IMG/VR virus record: IMGVR_UViG_3300037483_000742
Coordinates: 1 to 64,000 of that record
Length of the DNA: 64,000 bases
Strand: one strand, 5' to 3'
Source of the DNA: a virus
A program made the position numbers and the translations under genes. The notes under the pieces are model-generated. The model searched no databases, had not been told where the DNA came from, and saw only the letters and a program-made list of their open reading frames with translations. Position 1 is the first letter of the stretch; each line of letters starts with the position of its first letter. Of the stretch, positions 9,401-19,819 are shown piece after piece.

Positions 9401-11894
9401 TGCTTCCTAAATTACCGCTACTATCAATAGTTATTCCATACTTACTTAATTGATTCAGTAAGTTCATCATAACTTCTTGTTGTTTCATAGCATTTATATC
9501 TTTTCCAGTTTCTTGTAAACCTTCTCCAATAGCTGCTTTTCCTATACCCATATTAGTATAGAAGTTATCTCTGTCTTGTCTATCTGCAATATCTCTGTTT
9601 GCTTCACCTGACATTACAACTTGATCTTGTTGGTTTTGAAGACCTGCTTCTTGACCTAAGATACCAGCCATTATGTTTGCAAAGTTAGAATATATTTGAT
9701 TCTCTGCTTCATTGCCAGCTATTTCTACACCTAAATCTAAAGCTCTTTTTGTATTTAAACTTCTGGCAGAATTTCTATTTAATTTTCTAGCACCTTCTTT
9801 ATTTTGCTCTAAAGATTTGAGATTTGTATCTCTTGTACCAGTTACAAATTTTTTACTCTTATCAATAGTTTCTAAACCTCTATCTCCATAGTTCAACATA
9901 TAGTTAACATTAGGAGTATCACCAGCTCTATTTTGTAGAGTAGTAGTTAAAGGAGCAAGACTAGAAATAGTATTTCCAACCAATCCCATTATATTACCTG
10001 GAGTAATTTGAGAGTTTGGATTATTTGAAACTTTATTTAAGTAATCTGCAACTTTGCCAGTACCTTTTTTATTATCTGCTGCATAAGTTGTAGGATCAAG
10101 AACAAAAGGGTCTTCAGGAATTTCTTCCATAAACTTTAAACCTGAAGTTTCTTCTGGAACATCAGCATTAATAAAGTTTGTTTTAATACCTCCAGGAGGT
10201 AGACCCTGACTAGGTTGTTCTGGATCACCTAATTTTGGAGTATTTGCATAATCTAAATTAAAAGAATCAGCATTAAGATTTTGTACTTGACTTAATTGAT
10301 TTAATACATTCATTAAAGCATTTACATCAAATGGTGGAATACCACCTACAGTACCACCATTAGCAAATGTAGGAATAGGTTCTTTTGGTCTCCAATCTGG
10401 TGGAGGCATATCTCCTTTAGGTACAAATGTTCCATTAGTAGGAATATCTTGTCCTACAGGTAAAGGAATTTGTTCAACTCTATTACAATTACATTCAGGA
10501 TCATAATAAGTATTTCTTACATAACCTTGAATATTTGCTGTTTCTTGTTGCCAAGCTTGTTGTAAATATTTTTGTTCTTTTACAGCAGGTGAATCTACAA
10601 CAGCATAATTTTTATCTCCTGGATTTTCATAAACAGGAATATAAATTTCTCCTGTGTCAGTTCTTGTATAGAAATTTCCTTCAATTTTTGGACTAGGTGT
10701 ATAATCTGTACCTTTATACTTTACTAAACCTGTAGCTCCTTCTGGTAAAGTAAAATCTGTAAAGCCTGGAGTACTTTTAAATTCATCAACAGTTACTGGT
10801 TGACCTGCTCCTAAAGTTTGACTAGCTTGAGTATTTTCTGCATTGTAAGTATCATAAATTTGTTTTTGTTTCAGATAATTTTGATACTCTGTATAGTTAT
10901 CAGCACCTTCATAGGTTTCAATAACTGTAGGTTCAACAGGTTCTACAGGAGTTCCATCAGGATTAGTTGTTACACCATCTTCTCCAACAGTACCACCATT
11001 AGCAAATACTGTAGTAACTAATCCTCTGTCAGCATTTAATCTAGATTTTTCAGTAGAAAAAATATTTCTAATTACATCATTAAAAGTTCTATAATAAGCT
11101 TCTTCATCATTCAATACTGTAGTTGGAGCATGATGTACATATTTGCCTTGAAATTTTTCAGGCATAACATCACCAATTGGTATTCCTGTTCCAACACTTA
11201 ACACAGGATCAGTGCCAGGAGGTATTGTAGGATCAACTCCATCTAAGCCTGTACCAAAAGCAAATTGTCCAGCAAAACCCTTTTGTATTGCACCTACAAC
11301 TTGCTGAATTTTTTTATCCTTTAATTCTTCTTTTTCATTATTCATCATAACTCTTTCAAGAGTATTATGAAGAACTTTATCTGTAGGATTTTTTTCTAAT
11401 TTTTTTTCTAAAGCTGTAACAGATTTTATCCTGGCTTTTTTTCTATCTGCCATTGATTTACCTTTGATTTTAATTCTGTCAGAAAAAATATCTGTACCTA
11501 CTGGTAAATTAGTATCAATACCACCTTCTTCATGACTTGGCCCTTTAAACTCAAAAGTTTTTCCATCAGGCATTTGTCCTACTTCATCTCCTTCTACATT
11601 GACATTTCTTTGTCCTACTCCACCTCCATAAGCCATTACTGGTGCTGGTGTTGCTTCTTCCTCTTGACCAAAATTAAATCCTTTGAAATTTTTAATTCCA
11701 TAATTCATTGCCATTTGACCTAATATACTCATTCCTTTAGTCCAGGGATTTGTAGCAGCAGCTTCCATTCCTGCTGCAACATTAATATCATTTTGAGCCA
11801 ATTCTCCTGAAGGAGTTTCTAGATAGGCATTACCAATACCATGAGGGCCAGTACCTGTAGCATACATTGGATATTTTTTTCTTAGTTTAGCCAT
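9393..11894 (-). CDS. Virion cargo protein 1 with repeated aromatic-A-x-G-G/T motifs
   Basis: 833 aa; VEGDEV...GPSHEEGGI...IFSDRIK block typical of crAss cargo 1; motifs YATGT, MAYGG, FAFGT and FANGG (twice). Confidence 0.7.
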   Translation of the reverse strand: MAKLRKKYPMYATGTGPHGIGNAYLETPSGELAQNDINVAAGMEAAATNPWTKGMSILGQMAMNYGIKNFKGFNFGQEEEATPAPVMAYGGGVGQRNVNVEGDEVGQMPDGKTFEFKGPSHEEGGIDTNLPVGTDIFSDRIKIKGKSMADRKKARIKSVTALEKKLEKNPTDKVLHNTLERVMMNNEKEELKDKKIQQVVGAIQKGFAGQFAFGTGLDGVDPTIPPGTDPVLSVGTGIPIGDVMPEKFQGKYVHHAPTTVLNDEEAYYRTFNDVIRNIFSTEKSRLNADRGLVTTVFANGGTVGEDGVTTNPDGTPVEPVEPTVIETYEGADNYTEYQNYLKQKQIYDTYNAENTQASQTLGAGQPVTVDEFKSTPGFTDFTLPEGATGLVKYKGTDYTPSPKIEGNFYTRTDTGEIYIPVYENPGDKNYAVVDSPAVKEQKYLQQAWQQETANIQGYVRNTYYDPECNCNRVEQIPLPVGQDIPTNGTFVPKGDMPPPDWRPKEPIPTFANGGTVGGIPPFDVNALMNVLNQLSQVQNLNADSFNLDYANTPKLGDPEQPSQGLPPGGIKTNFINADVPEETSGLKFMEEIPEDPFVLDPTTYAADNKKGTGKVADYLNKVSNNPNSQITPGNIMGLVGNTISSLAPLTTTLQNRAGDTPNVNYMLNYGDRGLETIDKSKKFVTGTRDTNLKSLEQNKEGARKLNRNSARSLNTKRALDLGVEIAGNEAENQIYSNFANIMAGILGQEAGLQNQQDQVVMSGEANRDIADRQDRDNFYTNMGIGKAAIGEGLQETGKDINAMKQQEVMMNLLNQLSKYGITIDSSGNLGSNG

Positions 11895-14800
11895 TATCTA
11901 TCAGATTTTTGTTCATTGACAATTGAATAATCTACAATAAGCTTAATATTATCAAAAGTATCAAATATAAACCTTAATGCCAAATATTTGTCTCTAAAAC
12001 TTTCTAATTCATCCCAAGTTTTTGTAAGATCAAGACTAGCAGTATTTACTATCTTGTCTATAAAATAGTCAGTTTGTAAGTCTTCAATATTTTTGTTAAA
12101 GATAGGAAGTGTAAGATCAGCTCTAAAATCTCTTAAATCATTTAAAGTCCAATCTCTTTCATGTCTAGCTATGATAATCTCATCTGCATTAATATTTGTT
12201 ATTTGCTGAAACATGTAATTTGCTTCATCAACATTTGTATCTTTCACATTTAATGTTAATTCTCCACTACACTGCCTAGAATTATAGAAGATAGCTTTAT
12301 TGAATGTGATAAATCTTTCATCTACAAAATCATCAACAGCAGTAACATATCTTCTAGCATCTGTCAAAAGTCTGATATGATTATAAAGTCTAGTTTCTAC
12401 TGGAACAGAATTTGATACATAATCTATGATGAAAGGATGTCTTACACCATAGTAATTCTGATAATGTCCTTTTCTATTATGCTTCCAAATAATTTCATTA
12501 GTATGTATAACAGAAAAATATTCATCTGGAGTATTAATATAGAAATTAGGAAGATAGCTATGAAAGCTTCTCCAAGCTTGATTTTTTATTGAATAAGAGT
12601 ATGTCCAGGATGCTTGATAAATACTTTCATCAGGTACTTCTCTACCTAATACAGTTGAAGTTATTACTTCTCCTCCTTCATCTAACATCTCAAAAACCAT
12701 AGTATTGTCTACAATACCTACAAAAGTCCAACCCAAACCTTCTTGAACATCAATAGTATTTTGATAACCTAGAAAATACCATAAAATATCATTGTAATAA
12801 GTTACTTCATAATCATCTTGATCTAAAATAGGATCAGCTTCTATTGGTCTCTTAAATACTAAATCTCTTTTAGTAATAATTAATCTTTCTTTTCTGGAAT
12901 CATAAGTACTATGAAAACCTACTCCAAATCTATTTGCAGGATTAAAATTGTAAGGATAAGGTCTTCCTTTTGACTCTAACCAATATTCATCAACTCTTAT
13001 ACCTATATTTTCTTTAAACCAAGTAAAGTTACCATTTGAAGAAATTGGTTGCAAACTATTACCATCAAAAGTATAAATAGTCTTTAGAGCTTCAGATACA
13101 AAAGCTACAAAGTAAGGAGTTTTCAAGGTAGCCCATTTATGTTGAGTACCAGCAGACATACCTGTTTCATCATCTACTATTCTTCTTGGTGGTATGGAAA
13201 AGTAACTTCCAGTTCCGATAAAGGAAACAATATCACCAGTAATTCTCTCCTGTATATTCTGAGGTAAATGCCAAAGACCTTCTTGAGTATGTATGTAAAG
13301 ATTATTTTGAATTTTAAATAAGTCTGTAATCTTACCAGTTTCTCCTTCAATATCTCTGTAATCATTAGGTAAAAAAGTTCTGTAATGATCAGTTAATTCT
13401 TCCTGGAAGCTTTGCTCTGACCAATGTATTCTGTGAGGAAATTCTTCTAAACAATCAGAACAACAATCATATTCAGCAGTTATAGAAAAATAAATTTTTT
13501 GCTTATTTCTTCTCCTATAATCATCATTGTAAAAATAAGTTTCAGCATTAGCATAGCCTTGATAAAGTCTACCATTTTCATTTTCTACATCTAATACAGT
13601 AAGCTTATCCAAAATATAGCTATTAATTCTGTTCTTATTTAAAAAATCTGGAGAATACTGAAAAGTTTGTGGCCCATAATTAGGGTCTAATCTCCAGTTC
13701 ATATTTACACTACTTTCAAACCAGACATTCTCTAGCATATCAGAAAAATATTGAATCTCATCATCAGGAGGATTGCCTCCAAATTCATTATTAGTTTCTG
13801 TATCTTTGATGGTATCTTTTAATCCCTTTTCATACTCTTCTTGATAGGTTTTCTTAATTATAGCTTGATTGATTCCTGAAGCAGCGGCAGATACTCCTGC
13901 TCCAATAATTGCAATTGTTGCAGGTACACCTAATCCTAAAGTAATAATTGAAGCAACAATACCAAAAGCTATAAGTAGTACTCCACCTATAATTCTCCAT
14001 ATTCCACTTTTACTGCTTCTATATCTTAATCTAATATCATAAAAAATTGTACTAGTTAAGGTCATTGGAGATATATATGTATCTCCATTAAATATGTCAG
14101 CTTCAGTTCCTGAAAAAATATTTGTATGTTCTTTGTAATATTTTCCTATTCTGAAATTAGCATAAGGATTAAGTAAATCTCTTCTTAGTGAAACATAAGG
14201 AATAGAATCTACAGTTCCCATTAAACTGTCAAATTCAAGTATTCCAATTTTATTGTCAGCAGAAGCATTAAATACAGTTTCTCCATCCATAACTGTACTA
14301 GCTAAAGCTGATAAATATTTTGCATCAGTTACATTATTAGTTAGCTCAGTTCCATCTGCACTATAAGTTATTTCATTATATCTTACTAAAGTGTGTAAAT
14401 CAAAACCATCTTCATCTTCTTCTCTTTTCTTTGCAGTAGTTTTGTTATAAGAAGTTCCAGGCTGAACATCTTGAGTTATGTTAGAGAATAAAGTTTTTTG
14501 TGAAACAAGATAATCTGCTTCTCTTATTACTCTATCAATATTGGTGTATTCTTTACCCCAAAATTTATATTCAGGATTGAACATTGCCCATCTCTCTGTT
14601 CCTCTAGTGATAGTGTTATCAGGATTGAAAGCAGCAAAAGCTTCATATTTAGAATCCTTCATTAGTGGAAATAACAATCCTGTATCAAGTACAGTTTTTT
14701 CATCATCAGTTCTTTCCATTCTTACTATATGATAACCAATAGCATCTGGAGGTAAAACTACATTTGAAAAATGTATTCCTAAAATCTGACTTGTATAGCT

Positions 14801-16603
14801 TACAACTTTCTTTAATACTGGTTCATCTATATAAGTGATAACAGTTGGAAAAGGACCAACAGTTTGAATAGGATCAATGAAGAAAACTCCATCATTACCT
14901 TGAGGATTTACAAATTTTACTTGATTGATTACATAAGGTGTAAAAGCATTTGTAGTAGCTATTTCTGGTAAAAATACTTCAAGATGAACAGGAGAACCAG
15001 CTTCTACATAAACATTGGGAAAACTTTTTATATATTCTACGTTTAATTCTCCAGTTTCTAAGTTGTCATATCTAACTCTTACATACAAAGTGTCAAAGTT
15101 GTAATTATTATTGTATGTATCATCAATGACAATTTTTACACTATGAATATAATTTCCTGTAGGAGTATTAACTATATCTGTTTCATTATAGAGAGGTATG
15201 CTTATATCATTTCTTGTAGGAAATCTATGATGCCTAACTTTTTCTCCTTCTAAAGGATCACCAGAATAATCTACTCCCCAATAACCAGATAATAAACAAG
15301 TATCTTCAGTATAAATAACACTATCAAGTTCATTTTCTAAACTCATTTCTGAAGTCAAATCTCCTGGTCCTCTACCAGGAATATGATAAGCAGGACTTTC
15401 AACATTCTCTGGAAATTCATAAACAATTCCAAAAGCATAAATTTCTCCTGGCATATAGCCTATAGAATTTTCTTCATGGACAGTTCCTCTTTTAGGATTT
15501 CCATAAGCAGTTATATCATTGAGATTTATTTCCTTTAAAGCTAAATCAGATTTAATAGCTGAAGCTAATTTTTGAAAATCACAATATCTTCTTTGATCTC
15601 CAACTATATTTGCTCTTATTAATCTGTTATCAACTTGTTCTATGTGTTTTGAAGATTGTATGATAGCTTTAATAGCTAAAATTTCTGCTTCTGAAGAATT
15701 GTAAGGAGTATTAGTTCCAGTAAGAACATAATAAGTTTGACTCAAAGGAATATCATCAGTGTAAGCAATAGAAGCTATTCTTCCACTTGCATTGTTTGCT
15801 GAAATCAAAAAGATTCTGTAGTAAGTGTAACTTGCATCTAAATTACTTAAATTGACTCTTAAAGATTTTCCTGTAGTATTGTTTTGATAGTAGTCAGCTT
15901 CTTCTGTAGTAGAACCTGTTATACTATTAAACTCTTCTTCATATTTGTCATTGTAAATAATAATTGTATCAGAAACATTTACTATTTCTGTAGAATTAAA
16001 ATCTTCATCCAGTAAAGCAATAGCAACATTATAAGAACCTGGAAGTAAACTTCCTTGTTCTTCTATTTCAATACTATCAATAACTGGTATAGCATCAACT
16101 GTTTTATCTAATCTGAATTTAGGAATATCCCAAAGTCCACCAATAGTTTTAAAGAAATCTACATCATTGAAATTAAAGTATCTATCATTGTTATTACCAT
16201 CAACAAAATAAACTGTTTTATCACAACCTTTTCTTAGGCGATAAGTAGTATCAATTTGATGGATTACTCTGAAATTTAATTTTTCAACCTGAGCAGAATC
16301 ATTTACATAAGTTTCATAAGTACAATCTTTTTTTAGAATCCCTATTTCAGAATCTCCATTTGCTTCATCAGATAGAAATAATGCAACTTCACCATCTCCA
16401 ATATAACATTTTCCTATAGGTATATATCCTTCAGGAAGATCAGCACAAATTTCATTGCTCTCTTCATTACTAATACTGGAACTGTCTCCCTGAGAGGTTT
16501 CATCAACAGCGTTTAATGCAAACCTATAAGTATTTTCAGGTTGATCTTTAGGTGTAAAATCTGTATGAATACCTTTGACAGGTTTACTTGCATGTTCTTT
16601 CAT
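11894..16603 (-). CDS. Tail muzzle / tail stabilization protein (P22 gp10-like)
   Basis: 1569 aa; N-terminal KGIHTDFTPKDQPENTYRFALNA; GYMPGEIYAFGIVY and WTYSYS..WRSFHSYLP blocks; crAss synteny. Confidence 0.8.
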   Translation of the reverse strand: MKEHASKPVKGIHTDFTPKDQPENTYRFALNAVDETSQGDSSSISNEESNEICADLPEGYIPIGKCYIGDGEVALFLSDEANGDSEIGILKKDCTYETYVNDSAQVEKLNFRVIHQIDTTYRLRKGCDKTVYFVDGNNNDRYFNFNDVDFFKTIGGLWDIPKFRLDKTVDAIPVIDSIEIEEQGSLLPGSYNVAIALLDEDFNSTEIVNVSDTIIIYNDKYEEEFNSITGSTTEEADYYQNNTTGKSLRVNLSNLDASYTYYRIFLISANNASGRIASIAYTDDIPLSQTYYVLTGTNTPYNSSEAEILAIKAIIQSSKHIEQVDNRLIRANIVGDQRRYCDFQKLASAIKSDLALKEINLNDITAYGNPKRGTVHEENSIGYMPGEIYAFGIVYEFPENVESPAYHIPGRGPGDLTSEMSLENELDSVIYTEDTCLLSGYWGVDYSGDPLEGEKVRHHRFPTRNDISIPLYNETDIVNTPTGNYIHSVKIVIDDTYNNNYNFDTLYVRVRYDNLETGELNVEYIKSFPNVYVEAGSPVHLEVFLPEIATTNAFTPYVINQVKFVNPQGNDGVFFIDPIQTVGPFPTVITYIDEPVLKKVVSYTSQILGIHFSNVVLPPDAIGYHIVRMERTDDEKTVLDTGLLFPLMKDSKYEAFAAFNPDNTITRGTERWAMFNPEYKFWGKEYTNIDRVIREADYLVSQKTLFSNITQDVQPGTSYNKTTAKKREEDEDGFDLHTLVRYNEITYSADGTELTNNVTDAKYLSALASTVMDGETVFNASADNKIGILEFDSLMGTVDSIPYVSLRRDLLNPYANFRIGKYYKEHTNIFSGTEADIFNGDTYISPMTLTSTIFYDIRLRYRSSKSGIWRIIGGVLLIAFGIVASIITLGLGVPATIAIIGAGVSAAASGINQAIIKKTYQEEYEKGLKDTIKDTETNNEFGGNPPDDEIQYFSDMLENVWFESSVNMNWRLDPNYGPQTFQYSPDFLNKNRINSYILDKLTVLDVENENGRLYQGYANAETYFYNDDYRRRNKQKIYFSITAEYDCCSDCLEEFPHRIHWSEQSFQEELTDHYRTFLPNDYRDIEGETGKITDLFKIQNNLYIHTQEGLWHLPQNIQERITGDIVSFIGTGSYFSIPPRRIVDDETGMSAGTQHKWATLKTPYFVAFVSEALKTIYTFDGNSLQPISSNGNFTWFKENIGIRVDEYWLESKGRPYPYNFNPANRFGVGFHSTYDSRKERLIITKRDLVFKRPIEADPILDQDDYEVTYYNDILWYFLGYQNTIDVQEGLGWTFVGIVDNTMVFEMLDEGGEVITSTVLGREVPDESIYQASWTYSYSIKNQAWRSFHSYLPNFYINTPDEYFSVIHTNEIIWKHNRKGHYQNYYGVRHPFIIDYVSNSVPVETRLYNHIRLLTDARRYVTAVDDFVDERFITFNKAIFYNSRQCSGELTLNVKDTNVDEANYMFQQITNINADEIIIARHERDWTLNDLRDFRADLTLPIFNKNIEDLQTDYFIDKIVNTASLDLTKTWDELESFRDKYLALRFIFDTFDNIKLIVDYSIVNEQKSDR

Positions 16604-17625
16604 TATCTGTATGTGTATCTGTCAGGATGATTAAAACTTCTGTTTTCAGGTTGATTCAAATTTCCAAAAAATCCATAGAATCTTTTATGATTTGGAATAA
16701 GATAATGAGATTGCTCTAACAAATCTTGATAATCATCTAATGTTTTTGGCATCTTAGCTTTGTTCTTAGCTTGTCTTGCATACTTCAACCATCTTTGTTC
16801 AGCTTTTTGTGCTTGTACAGCAAAACCTTCTCTTCCATTCCAATCTAAACTTTCTGCTATCTTCCATTTTATATAATAAGTTATAGCTGTGATAAAAGAA
16901 ATATCATCAGGAACTAATGGATAACCTGTTTCTTTATCCATAACTGATTTATTATAAGCTAAAGCTATTGATCCAGTTTTAAAAGAAAATCTTAATGCTC
17001 TATTACAACCATGACCAACAATTGTATATTCATCTCTAGCTGACTGATAAATACTATCTGAATTATATTCTTTGCAAACTATACTATTAAAAAAAGTATG
17101 ATCTGCTAATCTTACTGGAGTGTAATTATTATGATAATAATAACTTTCAGTCCAACCAGAATAAAACCATCCTAAATCAAAATATGGTCTGTAGTAAGCT
17201 AAGTCATAATCTGTCATTGGTTCACCTTGACAAGTTAAAGGTACTGGCATATTTGGACCAGGTTTTTTAACTTCACAAGGAGCGCAATTTGGATCAGTGA
17301 TAACTGTAGTTACTTTAACTCCAGGAGTTGTTGTATCAACTGTTGTAGTTGTTGCACAAATTGTAGCAGGACATAAACACAGATCATTTTGTTCACTCCA
17401 ATTATTATTTCTTGCAACTTGCAGAACATTTTGAAAACCTTTAGGTAGTTCACATTGATAGTCTTTTACTTCAATAAATGCTACAGCTTGTTCAGTAATA
17501 GCATGAACTTTCAAGAAATCTAAAGCTTCTCCAATCCACTCAATAGCATCTGATTCATTAAGCTCTGCGTTCTTAATGTCTCTGTGAAACTTAGAGAGAA
17601 TCCTATCTACTGAAGTAAAGTCCAT
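16603..17625 (-). CDS. Tail ring / tubular protein
   Basis: 340 aa; DAIEWIGEALDFL and GYPLVPDDISFITAITYYI motifs; directly upstream of muzzle. Confidence 0.7.
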   Translation of the reverse strand: MDFTSVDRILSKFHRDIKNAELNESDAIEWIGEALDFLKVHAITEQAVAFIEVKDYQCELPKGFQNVLQVARNNNWSEQNDLCLCPATICATTTTVDTTTPGVKVTTVITDPNCAPCEVKKPGPNMPVPLTCQGEPMTDYDLAYYRPYFDLGWFYSGWTESYYYHNNYTPVRLADHTFFNSIVCKEYNSDSIYQSARDEYTIVGHGCNRALRFSFKTGSIALAYNKSVMDKETGYPLVPDDISFITAITYYIKWKIAESLDWNGREGFAVQAQKAEQRWLKYARQAKNKAKMPKTLDDYQDLLEQSHYLIPNHKRFYGFFGNLNQPENRSFNHPDRYTYR

Positions 17626-17627
17626 AA

Positions 17628-17936
17628 TTATTCAAATTTATCTGCTAATGACATTTCATCTTCAAATTCTTCATCAATAGAAATTGGATTTGTTTCTGAA
17701 AACCATTTTTTTGTGAAGTATTCATAACCAGTGTTAATCTCGCCATCTTCACTTTCTTTTGACCATTTTATATCATAACTTTTATTTATGATAAAACCAT
17801 TTTCAATTTCTTCTACTGTAACAGTAACATCTTTTTTAGTAATTGTTACTCCTTTAGGTAATTTAAAACCTGATTTACTTTGGAAAGTTGCAGATTTTAT
17901 GTCTTTAATTTCTCCCATATCAATATTCTTTACCAT
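17628..17936 (-). CDS. Hypothetical protein
   Basis: 102-aa ORF packed within the operon. Confidence 0.6.
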   Translation of the reverse strand: MVKNIDMGEIKDIKSATFQSKSGFKLPKGVTITKKDVTVTVEEIENGFIINKSYDIKWSKESEDGEINTGYEYFTKKWFSETNPISIDEEFEDEMSLADKFE

Positions 17937-18378
17937 TTTTAATTTCTCTAGCTAATGCTCTTTTATTAGCTCTTGTTAAAACCAAAGAATATAAAGTTTT
18001 ATTAGCAACTAATACATTCTTTTTTGACCATAAATATTTATATCTCATCTTTCCACTGTGGGAATTTGAATGATATACAAGTTGTTTTTTAGCAGCAGCT
18101 TCTGGATTATTTTGCCATAATTGTTTTGTTCTTTGCCAATCAGGAGCTAATCCTTTTATTTCTCCATTTTCACCTATTGATGCTTTTTGTTTTTTACCTT
18201 CTATTTCTAAAGAACCTAATCTAAAAGGAAGTGCTACTTTATGTCCTTTTCTAGCTGATTCAACTAAAAATTCATTGTATTCTCCAGTTAAAGAAGTATA
18301 ATCTTTTAGATCAGCAATAGGTTCTTTTGCTATTTGCTTATACAAAGGATAACTGTCTCTAATATTTCTTTTTATCAT
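17920..18378 (-). CDS. HU/IHF-like DNA-binding protein
   Basis: GHKVALPFRLGSLEI and PDWQRTKQLW motifs; position in the tail block as in crAss-like phages. Confidence 0.65.
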   Translation of the reverse strand: MIKRNIRDSYPLYKQIAKEPIADLKDYTSLTGEYNEFLVESARKGHKVALPFRLGSLEIEGKKQKASIGENGEIKGLAPDWQRTKQLWQNNPEAAAKKQLVYHSNSHSGKMRYKYLWSKKNVLVANKTLYSLVLTRANKRALAREIKNGKEY

Positions 18379-19067
18379 TTGCTCTGTTCTGTAGGATTAT
18401 CCTTACTATTATTTGTCAAATCTTCTGGATTCTGATTAAAAACTCCAATTAATTCTGGAATTGCCATTGTAACTAGATCATCAATCAAATCTTCATCTAT
18501 TGCAAATTCCATATCTAATGGAGAAAAACATATTTCTTCTTCTCCACAGATACTTGGAAAATTCATTGCTTCAATAGGATCATGAATCAATATTTTTACA
18601 GCTACAGCTTTACCAGGATTACCACCATAAAAAAAGATATAACCGTCTTCTAAGAGGTATCTTTTTTTCTTGTTGGTATACCTCTGACCCTTTATGTACA
18701 GCTCTTTTTCTCTGGTAGTTTCATCAAACAGATTACTGTGTTCAATAGACATAACCCACTTTATTAAGTGGTTATTCATATCAATTAAAGGCTTAGGAAT
18801 TTTTTCTTTTGTTCTGTAAACCTGACATCCAATTTGAGGAAGACAAGGACATTCATGAGCATCAACTTTAATTATTTCTACACACTTTAGTAGAACATAA
18901 CTCCAGTCACTGATTAATTGTTTTTTCTTGACTTTTTGAGTAATAAGTTTACTCCTAAGAGTAAGCATCTTATTATAAATATGTCTTGTAGTTAACCTGC
19001 TATCATCAGATTGTACTCCCTTGCTATAAAGAGACTGTATTCTTTGTATGATTTGGCCTGTTATCAT
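18375..19067 (-). CDS. Tail ring protein
   Basis: 230 aa; SDDSRLTTRHI...LRSKLITQ N-terminus and NNSKDN C-terminus typical of crAss ring proteins. Confidence 0.6.
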   Translation of the reverse strand: MITGQIIQRIQSLYSKGVQSDDSRLTTRHIYNKMLTLRSKLITQKVKKKQLISDWSYVLLKCVEIIKVDAHECPCLPQIGCQVYRTKEKIPKPLIDMNNHLIKWVMSIEHSNLFDETTREKELYIKGQRYTNKKKRYLLEDGYIFFYGGNPGKAVAVKILIHDPIEAMNFPSICGEEEICFSPLDMEFAIDEDLIDDLVTMAIPELIGVFNQNPEDLTNNSKDNPTEQSK

Positions 19068-19073
19068 AAGTCA

Positions 19074-19081
19074 CAAATATA
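19074..19081 (-). promoter_or_regulatory. Bacteroidota-type -7 promoter element TATATTTG
   Basis: Matches TAnnTTTG, just upstream of ATG 19067. Confidence 0.6.
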
Positions 19082-19108
19082 CAAAAAATTAAGTTGAATT
19101 TTCTTTTT

Positions 19109-19819
19109 CTAATACTTTTCTTCTAAGTACTCTTTCAGTATAACTGAATAGTCTTCAGTAAAGAACATGTCATAAGTTCCATCTGGTTTTAACCATACTA
19201 AAACTCTATTCTCAACTTCATACCCTGTTTGTTCAAACAGTATTTGATACAAACTGAATTGAATATTATACTTATTGTAATCATTTTCTAAGATGTAATG
19301 AAAAGGTTTCAATAACTTCTTACCTCTAAAGTTCTTAAACAAATCTTCATTTGTTTTGTAATCTACGATAATGAACTTTTTAGTGATAGTATTATAAAGT
19401 ATAATGTCTGCCATTCCTCCAAACATGTACTTTAAATGATACATTTCTAATTCTGTGAATACAGGAATTAGATGAGGAGGTAATTCATCCCAAAATTTCT
19501 TTACAGCTTCTTCATATTTATCTCCTGGAGATATATTTCTATGAAAGGCATATATCTGTCCAAAGAAGTGAGCTTTATTTCCTTTAGAACAAGCTACATC
19601 AGATTTTAATGACCAGAATTTTTTAGTAGTTCCTAAAGGAAGATTATCTCTTTCATCAATAGAATATGATATTGAATCAAAATCTACTTCTTCTACGAAT
19701 CTTTTAACTATGCCAGATACTGAAATTTCTAATTGTTTTTCTTCAACAAAGTAGAGATGTCTTTTCTCTTCAAATCTTACTTTACTGAAAAAATCTTTTA
19801 CATGCTGTACTTCTTGCAT
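19109..19819 (-). CDS. PD-(D/E)XK nuclease
   Basis: FEEKRHLY, GGMADII, IIVDYKTN and YNIQFSLY motifs. Confidence 0.85.
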   Translation of the reverse strand: MQEVQHVKDFFSKVRFEEKRHLYFVEEKQLEISVSGIVKRFVEEVDFDSISYSIDERDNLPLGTTKKFWSLKSDVACSKGNKAHFFGQIYAFHRNISPGDKYEEAVKKFWDELPPHLIPVFTELEMYHLKYMFGGMADIILYNTITKKFIIVDYKTNEDLFKNFRGKKLLKPFHYILENDYNKYNIQFSLYQILFEQTGYEVENRVLVWLKPDGTYDMFFTEDYSVILKEYLEEKY

